From contig NC_069000.1 of assembly GCF_001194135.2 (NCBI RefSeq), positions 20,383,087 through 20,416,103 of the forward strand: a stretch of DNA of 33,017 bases, in the 5' to 3' direction. The stretch comes from Octopus bimaculoides (taxonomy: Eukaryota). Below are positions 22,881-33,017 of this stretch, one piece after another (position 1 is the stretch's first letter; each line of letters begins with the position of its first letter). The notes under the pieces were generated by a model, which was given only the letters and a program-made list of their open reading frames with translations, had not been told where the DNA came from and searched no databases. A program made the position numbers and the translations under genes.

Positions 22881-23134
22881 AGAGAGAGATTAGCTTCCTG
22901 CAAATGAGACCGAGGCGGTGGGGCAGCTGTCATTGGACATTTAATTGTTTCTTTTTTCTCGACATTTGTTTTTGTTGTTATATTCATGGTGGTGGTTGTT
23001 TTGCTTATATTGTTGTTATTCGAAGTGTTTTTATTGGACCCATTTCTTAATGATATTCAAATCTTTTTCATGCGATAAGAAAGTATTTAGTTAGTGTCCC
23101 TTCTTTACGTTCTTCCCACTGGATGGCTCGTTTA

Positions 23135-23245
23135 CTCTTTTACTTGTTTCAGTCGACCCGAGGCTATAGTAGAAGACATTTTCCCAAGGCCACGCAATGG
23201 GAATGAACCCGAAACCATGTGGTTGGGAAGCTACTTACCACACTG
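23135..23245 (-). mobile_element. Internally deleted SINE family B (head joined to tail)
   Basis: Reverse complement: GTGTGGTAAGTAGCTTCCCAACCACATGGTTTCGGGTTCATTCCC...CTACTATAGCCTCGGGTCGACTGAAACAAGTAAAAG. Confidence 0.8.
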
Positions 23246-24408
23246 CCTACAACTTTTCTACTTTTGAAAAAGAGTTTCGAATTAAAATCTTTTTAGGACT
23301 AATTTTCGGGACAAAAGGGCGAAAAATACAGGAGACAGCTGTTTCATCAAATTTGCTTAGGTTAACAACAATATATATAGTAATAACTCTGGTCAACAGC
23401 CAATTTTCATCGGGGATAATATATGGTGTTTCATATGTAGTTTTGTCCGCAGATTTCAAAAATGTAATCGGTTTCCTTCTATCAGGCACAATTTTTCTGA
23501 TGAAATAAGAGAGGTATGTAACTCCCATCAGCAGTATCGCTACACGTAAACATCTTATACAGGTAAATTCTGACTTCTGTTTTATAACTATTTGTATTCA
23601 TTTTGTAATTTTATGTTTTCATAATCTTTTCTTTTCATAAATTTTACCTTCTGTTTAAGGTACCAAGTCATCATCATCCTCAAATTCTACTCAGGATGTA
23701 AAGGCATTGCAAGAACAGTCCTGATATATTTTGTGATGTCTGTAGTTCAGTTACCGCCAAATCTCAGCAACGTGCCATCACAAGTGAAATCAAGATCTGC
23801 CAGTTATACTTTGGCTGCTCTCTCGGGGATCAAGATAAGAGTTGGGCCCCGCACATCATCTCCACAGCTTGTTCAAATGGACTAAGGGATTGGTTAAATA
23901 AGAGGAAGAGAGCAATGCCATTTGCAATACCTATGATATGGATAGAGCCAAAGGATCATTTCATGGACCGTTATTTCAGCAACGTTTATGTATGTGGGTT
24001 TACTGTAAAGACCAAGCATAAGATTGTGTATCCCAATTTGGAATCAGCAAGAAAACCAGTACCACACAACGATGATGATCTTCCTATTCCAATACCACCA
24101 GAAAATGGCCTTCAGATGTCTGATGAAGATGTGTTTTCTGAAGAAAATACTACTGCTGTGGAAGACACTGAAGTGGATGCAGATTTCCCGATTGAAAATG
24201 AAGACATACCACAGAAATGTTCTCAAGGAGAGTTAAATGATTTAGTTAGAGACTTGTCATTGTCGAAAGATAAAGCTGAACTATTAGCATTTCGCCTACA
24301 AGAAAAGTGTCTGCTTAAGAAAGATGTTTGTATTACTCATTTCAGGAAGAGAAATAGGGATCTGACTTCATGCTTCTCTGTTGATGGACCATTTTGTTTC
24401 AGTAATAA
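23240..24408 (+). mobile_element. Left part of a Chapaev-type (CMC superfamily, Chapaev3-like) DNA transposon
   Basis: A putative terminus CACTGCC... lies at about 23241, where the SINE homology ends. A candidate 5'-UTR intron runs from CAG|GTAAAT (23563) to TTTAAG| (23659). The transposase frame follows and is cut at about 24409 by an R4-type fragment. The left terminus is uncertain. Confidence 0.65.
23696..24408 (+). pseudogene. Chapaev-type transposase N-terminal region (about 237 codons of homology; ATG followed immediately by TAA)
   Basis: ATG-TAA-RHCKNSPDIFCDVC...YFGCSLGDQDKSWAPH...W...MPFAIPMIWIEPKDH..DRYFS...YPNLESARKPVPH...ELNDLVRDLSLSKDKAELLAFRLQEK. The frame is stop-free from 23702 to 24496. 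Motifs match the N-terminal Zn-finger region recalled for Chapaev3 transposases. No DDE core is present. Confidence 0.75.
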
Positions 24409-24655
24409 CACTGTCGTTAGTGTTGTCGATTCTGCACTTCACATAGTCCTTAATACGTTTTTTTTTTGTCTTTCTTTAGACAATTATCAATTTTAATGAC
24501 ACCAGACTTCTTCACATGTTTCTACAATGGTTCCATGCTATTTTTTACATTTCATCATAAGCTGTTTTCCTCTATTTCGATACAATCCTGGCAACTAATT
24601 GAACCTCTCCCATATTTTCTTCTGGACAAGTACAGCCTATCGGTGTCACTAATAT
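24409..24655 (-). mobile_element. R4/Dong-type LINE fragment A (thumb region with internal deletion)
   Basis: Minus strand DTDRLYLSRRKYGRGSISCQDC...VLRT/YVKCRIDNTNDS; preceded on the sense strand by (AAC)n(AAT)n; about 80% similar by eye to 25510-25752. Confidence 0.8.
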
Positions 24656-24674
24656 TATTATTGTTGTTGTTGTC

Positions 24675-25752
24675 TTTGCACAGCTTCTAACGCTGAAATG
24701 TACTATGGTGTCAGCTATTCACTACCAGTGAACTAAGGTAACACCCCTTATTTTTCGATCACCATCCGGAGTGTTCGAGCGGTTCCAAGCAGTGCTGTTT
24801 CTGCAAGTGCTCCACCCTTATTACAGCTTTCATTTGTTCCATGTACCTCTCAAAATTTTTACTCACTGTTCCCAGGGCTCCAACAATTATTGGTATTACT
24901 ACCACCTTTTTCAGCGACTACAACTACTTAACCTCCCAAGTAACCTGTCATACCTATCGACTTTTCTTTCTTCCTTATCACATACCTTGTTGTCAGCTGG
25001 GCATGCTACATCTATGATCCAGCATCATTTGCTTTCTTTCGCAATTAACCCTATGCCTGGTTTCCTATCCTCTATCTCATTGACGCACTGAATCATAAAA
25101 TCCCATAGGATCTTTGCATTATCATTTTCGATGATGCCTTTGGGTTTATGTTCTTACCACCTTTTTGCTCTGTCAAGTCCGTACTTGTTGCAAACTGTCT
25201 AATGGACAATTCTTGCTATATTACCATGACATCTCTTACATTCTTTCTGGGCTGGAGGCATACATTGACTGGTAATATGCTATACGATTTCACTCTTTTG
25301 TCCACAAATTATTATTATCATTACTGTTGTTGCTGTTATAATTATTATCACAATATCCTGATGCAGTACTAGGCAGTGGCTCGCATGGCTTTTGATTTTA
25401 ACTGATTGGAAGTGTTATCATGTATATTGTTTTGTCTTGGTATAAAAGATGGGCTACAGCAAATATTCTGCTGTTTCATCCCTCTCACCACACAATCTGC
25501 ATTGGTCATTGTTGTTAGTGTTGTCGATTCTGCATTTCACAGAGTCCTTAACGCATCTTTTTCTCTTTTTTTTTTTACACAATTACCAGTTTTAATGACG
25601 CCGAACTTCTTCACATGTTTGAACAATGGTTCCATGGTATGTTTTACATACCACCCTAAACTGTTTTCCCATGTTTTGATACAATGCTCGCAATTGATCG
25701 AACCTCTCCCATACTTTCTTCTGGACAAGTACAACTTGTCAGTGTCACTCAT
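24675..25752 (-). mobile_element. R4/Dong-type LINE unit B (thumb, deletion, CCHC knuckle, RLE, 3' UTR), interrupted at about 25290-25478
   Basis: DTDKLYLSRRKYGRG...DALRT/VKCRIDNTNNNDQCRLCGERDET, then the insert, then TSQCMPPAQKECKRCHGNIARIVH...EHKPKGIIENDNAKILWDFMIQ...IIDVACPAD...PIIVGALGTV, then the UTR and (AAC)n. Confidence 0.8.
25365..25480. repeat. Fragment of an interspersed repeat inserted into the R4-type unit
   Basis: ACTAGGCAGTGGCTCGCATGGC...GATGGGCTACAGCAAATATTCTGCT interrupts collinear LINE coding sequence; it resembles a common octopod SINE-like repeat (recollection only). Confidence 0.4.
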
Positions 25753-25762
25753 ATTACTATTA

Positions 25763-25815
<53 letters not shown>

Positions 25816-26457
25816 NNNNNNNNNNNNNNNNNNNNNNNNNNNNNNNNNNNNNNNNNNNNNNNNNNNNNNNNNNNNNNNNNNNNNNNNNNNNNNNNNNNNN
25901 NNNNNNNNNNNNNNNNNNNNNNNNNNNNNNNNNNNNNNNNNNNNNNNNNNNNNNNNNNNNNNNNNNNNNNNNNNNNNNNNNNNNNNNNNNNNNNNNNNNN
26001 NNNNNNNNNNNNNNNNNNNNNNNNNNNNNNNNNNNNNNNNNNNNNNNNNNNNNNNNNNNNNNNNNNNNNNNNNNNNNNNNNNNNNNNNNNNNNNNNNNNN
26101 NNNNNNNNNNNNNNNNNNNNNNNNNNNNNNNNNNNNNNNNNNNNNNNNNNNNNNNNNNNNNNNNNNNNNNNNNNNNNNNNNNNNNNNNNNNNNNNNNNNN
26201 NNNNNNNNNNNNNNNNNNNNNNNNNNNNNNNNNNNNNNNNNNNNNNNNNNNNNNNNNNNNNNNNNNNNNNNNNNNNNNNNNNNNNNNNNNNNNNNNNNNN
26301 NNNNNNNNNNNNNNNNNNNNNNNNNNNNNNNNNNNNNNNNNNNNNNNNNNNNNNNNNNNNNNNNNNNNNNNNNNNNNNNNNNNNNNNNNNNNNNNNNNNN
26401 NNNNNNNNNNNNNNNNNNNNNNNNNNNNNTATTATTATTATTATTATTATTATTATT
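25753..26457. repeat. (ATT)n microsatellite on both sides of gap 25816-26429
   Basis: ATT runs abut both gap edges. Confidence 0.9.
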
Positions 26458-26672
26458 AAGGCGGTGAGCTGACAGAAGTTGGCACGTCGGGCGAAATGCT
26501 TAGCGGTATTTCGTCTGTATTCGCGTTTTGTGTTCAATTGCCGCCGGGCTCAAACTTTACCTTTCATCCCTTTGGGGGGGTCAATAATATAAATACCAGT
26601 TATACACTGGGGTCAATGTAATCGACTAGACTTGCCCCCAAATTTCAGGTCTTGTGCCTATAGTAGAAAGGA
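26458..26672 (+). mobile_element. SINE family A, full length
   Basis: AAGGCGGTGAGCTGACAGAA head through AAATTTCAGGTCTTGTGCCTATAGTAGAAAGG, with (ATT)n on both sides. Confidence 0.9.
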
Positions 26673-27062
26673 TTTTTATTATTATTATTATTATTATTAT
26701 TGTTGTTGTTCTCATCATCATCATCATCATCATCATTACATACACTGTAACATTTGTATGTATAGAAGCGTAATATTTTTTAAAGAAATTAAACTCTAAA
26801 CAGATTACCATTATCATTTAACAATGAAGAAAGAATTGTCAAAGTTGCTAACTATTTTCATTTATAATGCATCTATCTAACACCTCGTCACTCAAGAAAC
26901 CAGCAGGTGTCAGCATCTTTTAACATTCAATCGCTGGAAAGCTCTCTAGAGGAATCATTTAATCCTTTGCTGTCGTTATTATTAAATAGCTCACACTCTA
27001 CAAGCAGATATCAGTTCTTTAACTACAAGTCTGCGTATCATGACCACGGTGTTCTCTACCAC

Positions 27063-27079
27063 AAACACACACACACACA

Positions 27080-27127
<48 letters not shown>

Positions 27128-27157
27128 TGATAATAATAATAATAATAATAATAATAA
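27063..27157. repeat. (CA)n followed by (AAT)n microsatellite
   Basis: Directly visible. Confidence 0.95.
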
Positions 27158-27279
27158 GATGGTATAAACACACGCCAGAAAAGGTCACAGAAAACGAGAA
27201 AGCAACCATACTCTGGGATATGCCAATACACAAAGATAGAGAAATTAAGGCCAATAGACCAGATATAGTTGTCAAAGAT
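27158..27279 (+). mobile_element. 5'-truncated R4/Dong-type RLE fragment running into a gap
   Basis: RWYKHTPEKVTENEKATILWDMPIHKDREIKANRPDIVVKD (WY.H.P, ILWD, NRPD motifs), starting directly after (AAT)n. Confidence 0.9.
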
Positions 27280-28030
27280 NNNNNNNNNNNNNNNNNNNNN
27301 NNNNNNNNNNNNNNNNNNNNNNNNNNNNNNNNNNNNNNNNNNNNNNNNNNNNNNNNNNNNNNNNNNNNNNNNNNNNNNNNNNNNNNNNNNNNNNNNNNNN
27401 NNNNNNNNNNNNNNNNNNNNNNNNNNNNNNNNNNNNNNNNNNNNNNNNNNNNNNNNNNNNNNNNNNNNNNNNNNNNNNNNNNNNNNNNNNNNNNNNNNNN
27501 NNNNNNNNNNNNNNNNNNNNNNNNNNNNNNNNNNNNNNNNNNNNNNNNNNNNNNNNNNNNNNNNNNNNNNNNNNNNNNNNNNNNNNNNNNNNNNNNNNNN
27601 NNNNNNNNNNNNNNNNNNNNNNNNNNNNNNNNNNNNNNNNNNNNNNNNNNNNNNNNNNNNNNNNNNNNNNNNNNNNNNNNNNNNNNNNNNNNNNNNNNNN
27701 NNNNNNNNNNNNNNNNNNNNNNNNNNNNNNNNNNNNNNNNNNNNNNNNNNNNNNNNNNNNNNNNNNNNNNNNNNNNNNNNNNNNNNNNNNNNNNNNNNNN
27801 NNNNNNNNNNNNNNNNNNNNNNNNNNNNNNNNNNNNNNNNNNNNNNNNNNNNNNNNNNNNNNNNNNNNNNNNNNNNNNNNNNNNNNNNNNNNNNNNNNNN
27901 NNNNNNNNNNNNNNNNNNNNNNNNNNNNNNNNNNNNNNNNNNNNNNNNNNNNNNNNNNNNNNNNNNNNNNNNNNNNNNNNNNNNNNNNNNNNNNNNNNNN
28001 NNNNNNNNNNNNNNNNNNNNNNNNNNNNNN

Positions 28031-28094
<64 letters not shown>

Positions 28095-28097
<3 letters not shown>

Positions 28098-28618
28098 GAA
28101 ATATAAAGGGAGTGACAAAAGGAAAGATCCATGGTGGAAAAGAAGAATACAGGTGAGGTTAGATATGCTCTCGACGGACATTTCCGTGTTAGACCGAAAA
28201 GAGAAGGTGAGGGCTTAAAAGCGAACAAAAATACAGCGCACTGAACATGGAGTATGATATTTAAAGAAAGGGCCTGAAAGTGGTTATGGTGGAACTGAAA
28301 CAGCGCCTCGTTGCAAAGAAAGCAAAGATAGTAAGATACGACCAAAGAATGAAGGAATACCAGCAGAATAGGTTATTCAGAGTAGATCAGAAGGATTTCT
28401 GCAAAGAAATAAATGGAGAGTGTACAGATGAAAAGTTGATACCAGATAACATTGAAAGGAAAAGGTTTTGGAGTGACATCTGGAGCAAAGACAAGGAGCA
28501 CAAGAAGCATGTTGAATGGTTACAAGACCTGAAACAAGCAGTAGCTTGTCCAAAACTGGTAGAACTAAAACTGGTCATTTCAGTTAGGGAAGTGAAGGAA
28601 ATCAGCAAAAAAATGGGC
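28095..28618 (+). mobile_element. R4/Dong-type LINE fragment upstream of the RT (domain -1/0 region)
   Basis: ELKQRLVAKKAKIVRYDQRMKEYQQNRLFRVDQKDF...FWSDIW...EWL (cf. ELKQR..AK..K..RY..R..QY.QNRLF..DQK.F); starts after (AAT)n at 28031-28094. Confidence 0.85.
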
Positions 28619-29056
28619 ATCAGCCCCTTTTGCTATCATTCTTAGGGCACCTATGACAACAGATATTGTTTTAGTCTTCGGGTTCCACATTTTGCTAATT
28701 TCAAGATCTTTATGCTTGCTTAGTCTTTTGTAGGTCTTGACAGATACATTTATGTCGATTGGGACTGTCATATCAATGGGGAGGCATGATTTTTGTCTGA
28801 AGTCTTTCAATATAATGTCAGGCCTATTCGCATCTATCTTTCTGTCAGTTTTAATGGTGAAGTTCCAGAGGAATGAAATGTGATCATCTTCAAGCACTGG
28901 AAGTGGCTTGTGTTCCCACCAGTTTTTATCATAGGGCAGGTCCAGGTTTTTGCAAATTACCCTGTGAATATATTGTGCTTCTCTATCATAACTGTTAAGA
29001 TACTCTGTAGGCGCAAGAAGACTGCACATGGTGACCACATGATAAATGGTTTCATT
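28619..29056 (-). mobile_element. R4/Dong-type zinc-knuckle plus RLE fragment, truncated at both ends
   Basis: NETIYHVVTMCSLLAPTEYLN...WWEHKP...LWNFTIKTDRKIDANRPDIILKD...IDMTVPID...VVIGALRMIAKGAD; preceded on the sense strand by (AAT)n(AAC)n. Confidence 0.9.
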
Positions 29057-29119
<63 letters not shown>

Positions 29120-29128
29120 TTGTTGTTG

Positions 29129-29172
<44 letters not shown>

Positions 29173-29175
29173 ATT
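29057..29175. repeat. (GTT)n(ATT)n microsatellite
   Basis: Directly visible. Confidence 0.95.
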
Positions 29176-29392
29176 AAGGCAATGGAGATGGCGAGCTGGC
29201 AGAATTATTAGCACGCCGGGTGAAATGCTAAGCGGTATTTCGTTTGCCGCTACGCTCTGAGTTCAAATTCCACCGCGGTCGATTTTGCCTTCCATACTTT
29301 CGGTGTCGATTTAATAAGTGCAAGTTACGCACTGGGTCGGTGTAATCGACTTAATCCCCTCCCACTAGCTGTCCTTGTGCTAAAATTTGAAA
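29176..29392 (+). mobile_element. SINE family A, first of three head-to-tail copies
   Basis: Head ...GGCGAGCTGGCAGAA, B-box-like TGAGTTCAAATTCC, end AAAATTTGAAA. Confidence 0.9.
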
Positions 29393-29403
29393 TCGTTATT
29401 ATT

Positions 29404-29620
29404 AAGGCGGTGAGCTGGCAGAAGCGTTAGCAACGCCGAGCACAATGCTTAGCGGTGTTTCGTCAGCCTTTACGTTCTGAGTTCAAATACCACCGCGGTC
29501 GACTTTGACTTTCATCCTTTCGAGGTCGATAAAATAAGTACCAGTTGAACACGGGTATCGATGTAATCGTCTCTTCCCCCCAAAAAAAATCTGCTGCCCT
29601 TGTGGCCAAATTTGAAACCA
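29404..29620 (+). mobile_element. SINE family A, second copy
   Basis: AAGGCGGTGAGCTGGCAGAA...TGAGTTCAAATACC...AAATTTGAAACCA, followed by an (ATT)n tail. Confidence 0.9.
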
Positions 29621-29703
29621 TTAGTGTTATTATTATTATTATTGTTATTATTATTATTATCATTACTATTATCATTACTATTATTATTATTATTATTATT
29701 ATT

Positions 29704-29888
29704 AAGGCGGTGAGCTAGCCTAGCGGTATTTCGTCTGTCTTTATGTTCTAAGTTCAAATTCCGCCGAAGTCGATTTAGCTATTCGTCCTTTCGGGGTCGA
29801 TAAAATAATTACCAGTTGACTACTGAGGTTGATAGAATTGACTTACCCTACCCCCAAACTTGCTGGCCTTGTAATAAAACTTGAAACT
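29704..29888 (+). mobile_element. SINE family A, third copy (deletion in the head)
   Basis: AAGGCGGTGAGCTAG|CCTAGCGGTATTTCG...AAGTTCAAATTCC...AAAACTTGAAAC. Confidence 0.85.
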
Positions 29889-30278
29889 ATTAGTATTGTT
29901 AAGCTATACTTTTTTTTTAATTCTTATCGAATCCGAAGAATCTATAAAGCCAGTATTTATATCCAGTGCTTTAATTAGATTAGAAGAGAAATATATCTGA
30001 CTCAGAACAGAAATCCGATCTATTATTAACAGTTTGTCATATCGACTAAAATTAACTCGGTTTTGTAAGCCAATGATCCAAGCCACCAAACTCTTTATTT
30101 GTCAAAGAGATTGAATCATTGTAAAACTGAGCCCACGTAATTCTTAATATCCCGGTGGAATATTTTAAAAATATACAAGAACTTCATGTACGGTTAGACG
30201 ATGTATTTGTAAAACTTGATAGATGAGGTGACTCCATGGAGTATAGCTGCTAACAAACATTGTCTGTCATAAAATTGA

Positions 30279-30466
30279 TTTCAAATTTTGGCACAAGGCT
30301 AGCAATTTCAGAGGAGTGAGGTAAGTCGATTACATCGACCAACTGGTACTTATTTTATCGACACCCGAAGGATGAAAGGCAAAGTCGAACTCAGAACGTA
30401 AAAAGGGGCGAAATGCTGCTAAGTCTTTTTTTCCGGCGTACTAACAATTCTGCTAGCTCACCGCCT
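30279..30466 (-). mobile_element. SINE family A, reverse orientation
   Basis: TTTCAAATTTTGGCACAAGG...GTCGATTACATCGAC...CTGCTAGCTCACCGCCT is the reverse complement of family A. Confidence 0.85.
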
Positions 30467-30534
30467 CGTTACTTGTCATCATATTAAAAATGATAGTGAT
30501 GACGAAATAAATTCCTTGTTTTATTAAACTATAC

Positions 30535-30820
30535 CCCATTGTATTCGGACCCGGAGGGAGGGGCTGGTAGGTTATTAAGGCCAAGATTCTTTCAGAAAAT
30601 GAAATCTTACTTGAAAGAAACAAATATTTCAAGACGTCGAAGAAATTCAAGCGAATGCAGCAAGGCAGCTACTCGCTATCCCAAAAGGCGTTCCAGAAAT
30701 GCTTCCATCAATAGAAACGATGCTGGATAAAGTGTGTAACTTCGAAGGAGATTTAATACCGAATGAATAAGTTTTGTTTTCTTTTTATAGCACCACTTGC
30801 GATACTTTTCGATCAGACCT
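30535..30820 (+). mobile_element. mariner transposase C-terminal relic with a decayed right end
   Basis: FFQKMKSYLKET/FQDVEEIQANAARQLLAIPK/AFQKCFHQ*KRCWIKCVTSK matches the mariner C-terminus (FP.MK..LKG..F..VEEI...W..RW.KCV...G); the end TACTTTTCGATCAGACC resembles mariner TIRs. Confidence 0.75.
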
Positions 30821-30824
30821 GCTA

Positions 30825-30865
<41 letters not shown>

Positions 30866-30890
30866 NNNNNNNNNNGTATATATATATATA

Positions 30891-31017
30891 CAGGGTGTCT
30901 ACAAAGTCTGGCTTCATGGGGATTAACACATACTTTAAGAAATTATTATTTCTTATATTTAATTGTTTATGTTATGATTTTATTTACTCCATGTACCCAG
31001 ACCTTGTGCACACCCTG
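30891..31017. mobile_element. 127-bp Tc1/mariner-type MITE inside (TA)n
   Basis: 21-bp terminal inverted repeats, CAGGGTGTCTACAAAGTCTGG and CCAGACCTTGTGCACACCCTG (18/21 match), flanked by TA on both sides. Confidence 0.85.
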
Positions 31018-31029
31018 TATATATATATA

Positions 31030-31250
31030 GATTGGGTTGCCTATGTTAAATCCACTGCAGGTCGAATGCTTCCGCATATTCTCTCCACTAACCACGGTCC
31101 AATGTGGGGGTCGTGTATTTGAGCTTGACATCATACTGGTTTGATGCGCCTACTCTGTCACACTGACTCGACATGGCTTGGCATAGGGGGTGCAATATAG
31201 TAATGTATGTGTTCAACAGACAGTTAACCTTATGGTTCGTGTCTCTTCTT
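31030..31250 (-). mobile_element. Possible RTE-type LINE extreme 3' end
   Basis: Minus strand WREYAEAFDLQW resembles the RTE C-terminal W...GEA(F/Y)..QW motif; the rest is highly decayed. Confidence 0.4.
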
Positions 31251-32976
31251 CACGTATGATTGGTCATCGAGTAGCTCTTCTAGCCTTTGACATATATTGC
31301 TTTTTATTCTTCCTTTTCACCAACCATCCGACTATGAAAAGACATGCAACGAACAAATACAAACATTTTTCGTAGTTATATAAACACATGTTAACCAGTT
31401 CTACGATCTTTTATCACTAGCATCGTATTTCTTGGTTCATTCACTGCATTAACTGTTTGCATTCACTTTGCAAAATGAGTCGAGTAATGCTGTCGTATTA
31501 TAAAGTAAATAAACACAATGTATAAATACACATGTATGGAGATGTCTAACTGCTATAATATATATATATATATATACATATATATATGATTACACCTATC
31601 TATTTATGCACAACCAGAAGGTACTTCGATCAAAAACATGACCTGCCTTTATTCATTCTACAGCTTCTGCTAAATCCCTGTTTTCATTTACACATTATTG
31701 AATAGACCTTAAACTACTTATGTTAATATATATTTGTGGATGCTTATGAGAGTGAAATATTAAGCTTACATATATATTTGTCATACATTCATTCAAGGAA
31801 TATGTAGCTATTACGTATGCAAAGTTACATTTTCACAACATTTATTGGCCATGTAGTATGAATAATGTGCGCACAGAATTATAATTTTGTGCATTTCTAT
31901 GCAGTTTGGCTGAAACAAAAAAGTAATTTCTCTCTGTGTTTCTTGGCAATGTTTATTTTACGGCGGCGATGTTTGCATATTATTATGGTTTAAATTTAAT
32001 ATTCGTTCTGTGAGAGGTAATTGGCTCACAGCGTTATATGACTCTCTTTCATCTGCAAATTTCCAACTAGATATGTTCATTCTTTTGTTTTGCGCTTTCA
32101 TTGCTCACCCACGTTTGAATATTAAACTGCATATTATATTTTCACTTGCTTTCTTTTTGTATTTTCTCATTTTTAGTCTATACATTTTCTTGTTTTTTAT
32201 CAAAATTTAGCTATATATAACTACAACAATTATTTCTTGCAGTTGCATTCATTAAAATACTTTCTTCTTTTGTTGGATTTTCACCCCACCCAGTATAAAA
32301 TGTTCCAAAAAATAACGTGAAATAACGCAAGGAAAAGAAAAATATGAATAACAAACTGATAAATCAAGAAACTATATGTGAAACTCAAAGACAAAATTTG
32401 GTGATGCTTTATGCTTGTTTCTCACTTGTGCCATTTAAGATGCTCGATGACACAACTCTTAAAATGGTGGAAGACCTCCGAAGCTAAACGATTAAAAGAA
32501 AATATCACTTAACTTAATGAACATTAAGCGGAGAAACAGTTACTTAATCGTTGTGTAGTATATCTGGAGTGATCTTTTCCCTCGCCTGCCTATTTTATAA
32601 ATATCTTCGTTTTTGATTATGAATTAAATTATGAAGTTACAAATTAAAACTCAAAGGGACTAAATAGACAGGTGCAACGATTTTTGAGTTATCAAGTCAT
32701 ACACATTGTGTGTCTCCTAGATTATAACTGAGCACTTTAGAAGTACTAATTCTTGACTATGCTTATTATGACTATGTTTAATACACTAGACCCACGCAGA
32801 TCATTTCATTGCATGTATGTATCATTGGTGATGTTAGTAAACCAAAGACCGAGGTTTCCGCAGCAAAACTTAACTCAACTTGTTCTCGATAGCGTTTTGT
32901 ATACGACATATCTTTCCATTATTTTGCTGCATACTAAAGTCAGATATACACACATATGTATATAAATATAGATACA

Positions 32977-32977
<1 letters not shown>

Positions 32978-33017
<40 letters not shown>
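32978..33017. repeat. (CT)n microsatellite at the window end
   Basis: Directly visible. Confidence 0.9.

Noticed and set aside
31260-32975. Short ORFs in the terminal AT-rich unique region
   Set aside because: No recognisable motifs, no convincing paired splice sites and low complexity; treated as ordinary intronic or intergenic DNA.

Overview
AT-rich eukaryotic genomic DNA made mostly of repeats, with seven assembly gaps (about 2.5 kb of N). The mix of SINE families and the dense (AAT)n, (AC)n, (ATAC)n and (AGAT)n microsatellites resemble an octopod cephalopod genome; this is an inference from recalled repeat motifs, not a database result. No complete host protein-coding gene, rRNA, true tRNA or CRISPR array is supported. 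Most ORFs in the supplied track are artefacts of microsatellites or N runs. The window holds decayed mobile elements. Retroelements: CR1-type LINEs, at least seven R4/Dong-type (restriction-like endonuclease, RLE) LINE fragments, a Hero-type LINE with a long structured 3' UTR, RTE 3' ends, a Penelope-like RT plus GIY-YIG relic, and about 15 tRNA-derived SINEs of three types. DNA transposons: DD37D and mariner relics, a Tc1/mariner MITE, a hAT MITE end, and the 5' part of a Chapaev-type transposase with a long open frame. Most notable observations: (i) a 318-bp, about 99% identical templated copy of the Chapaev left end sits inside an R4-type LINE 3.2 kb upstream, has no target-site duplication (TSD), and ends at a splice-donor motif; (ii) R4/Dong fragments lie on the (AAT)n strand of microsatellites while SINE and CR1 tails lie on the (ATT)n strand; (iii) two head-to-tail R4 units share a 5' breakpoint and an internal deletion; (iv) there is one candidate 88-nt host exon (9593-9680, minus strand); (v) a perfect 23-bp hairpin lies inside an old MITE. 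No confidently novel biological system was found.
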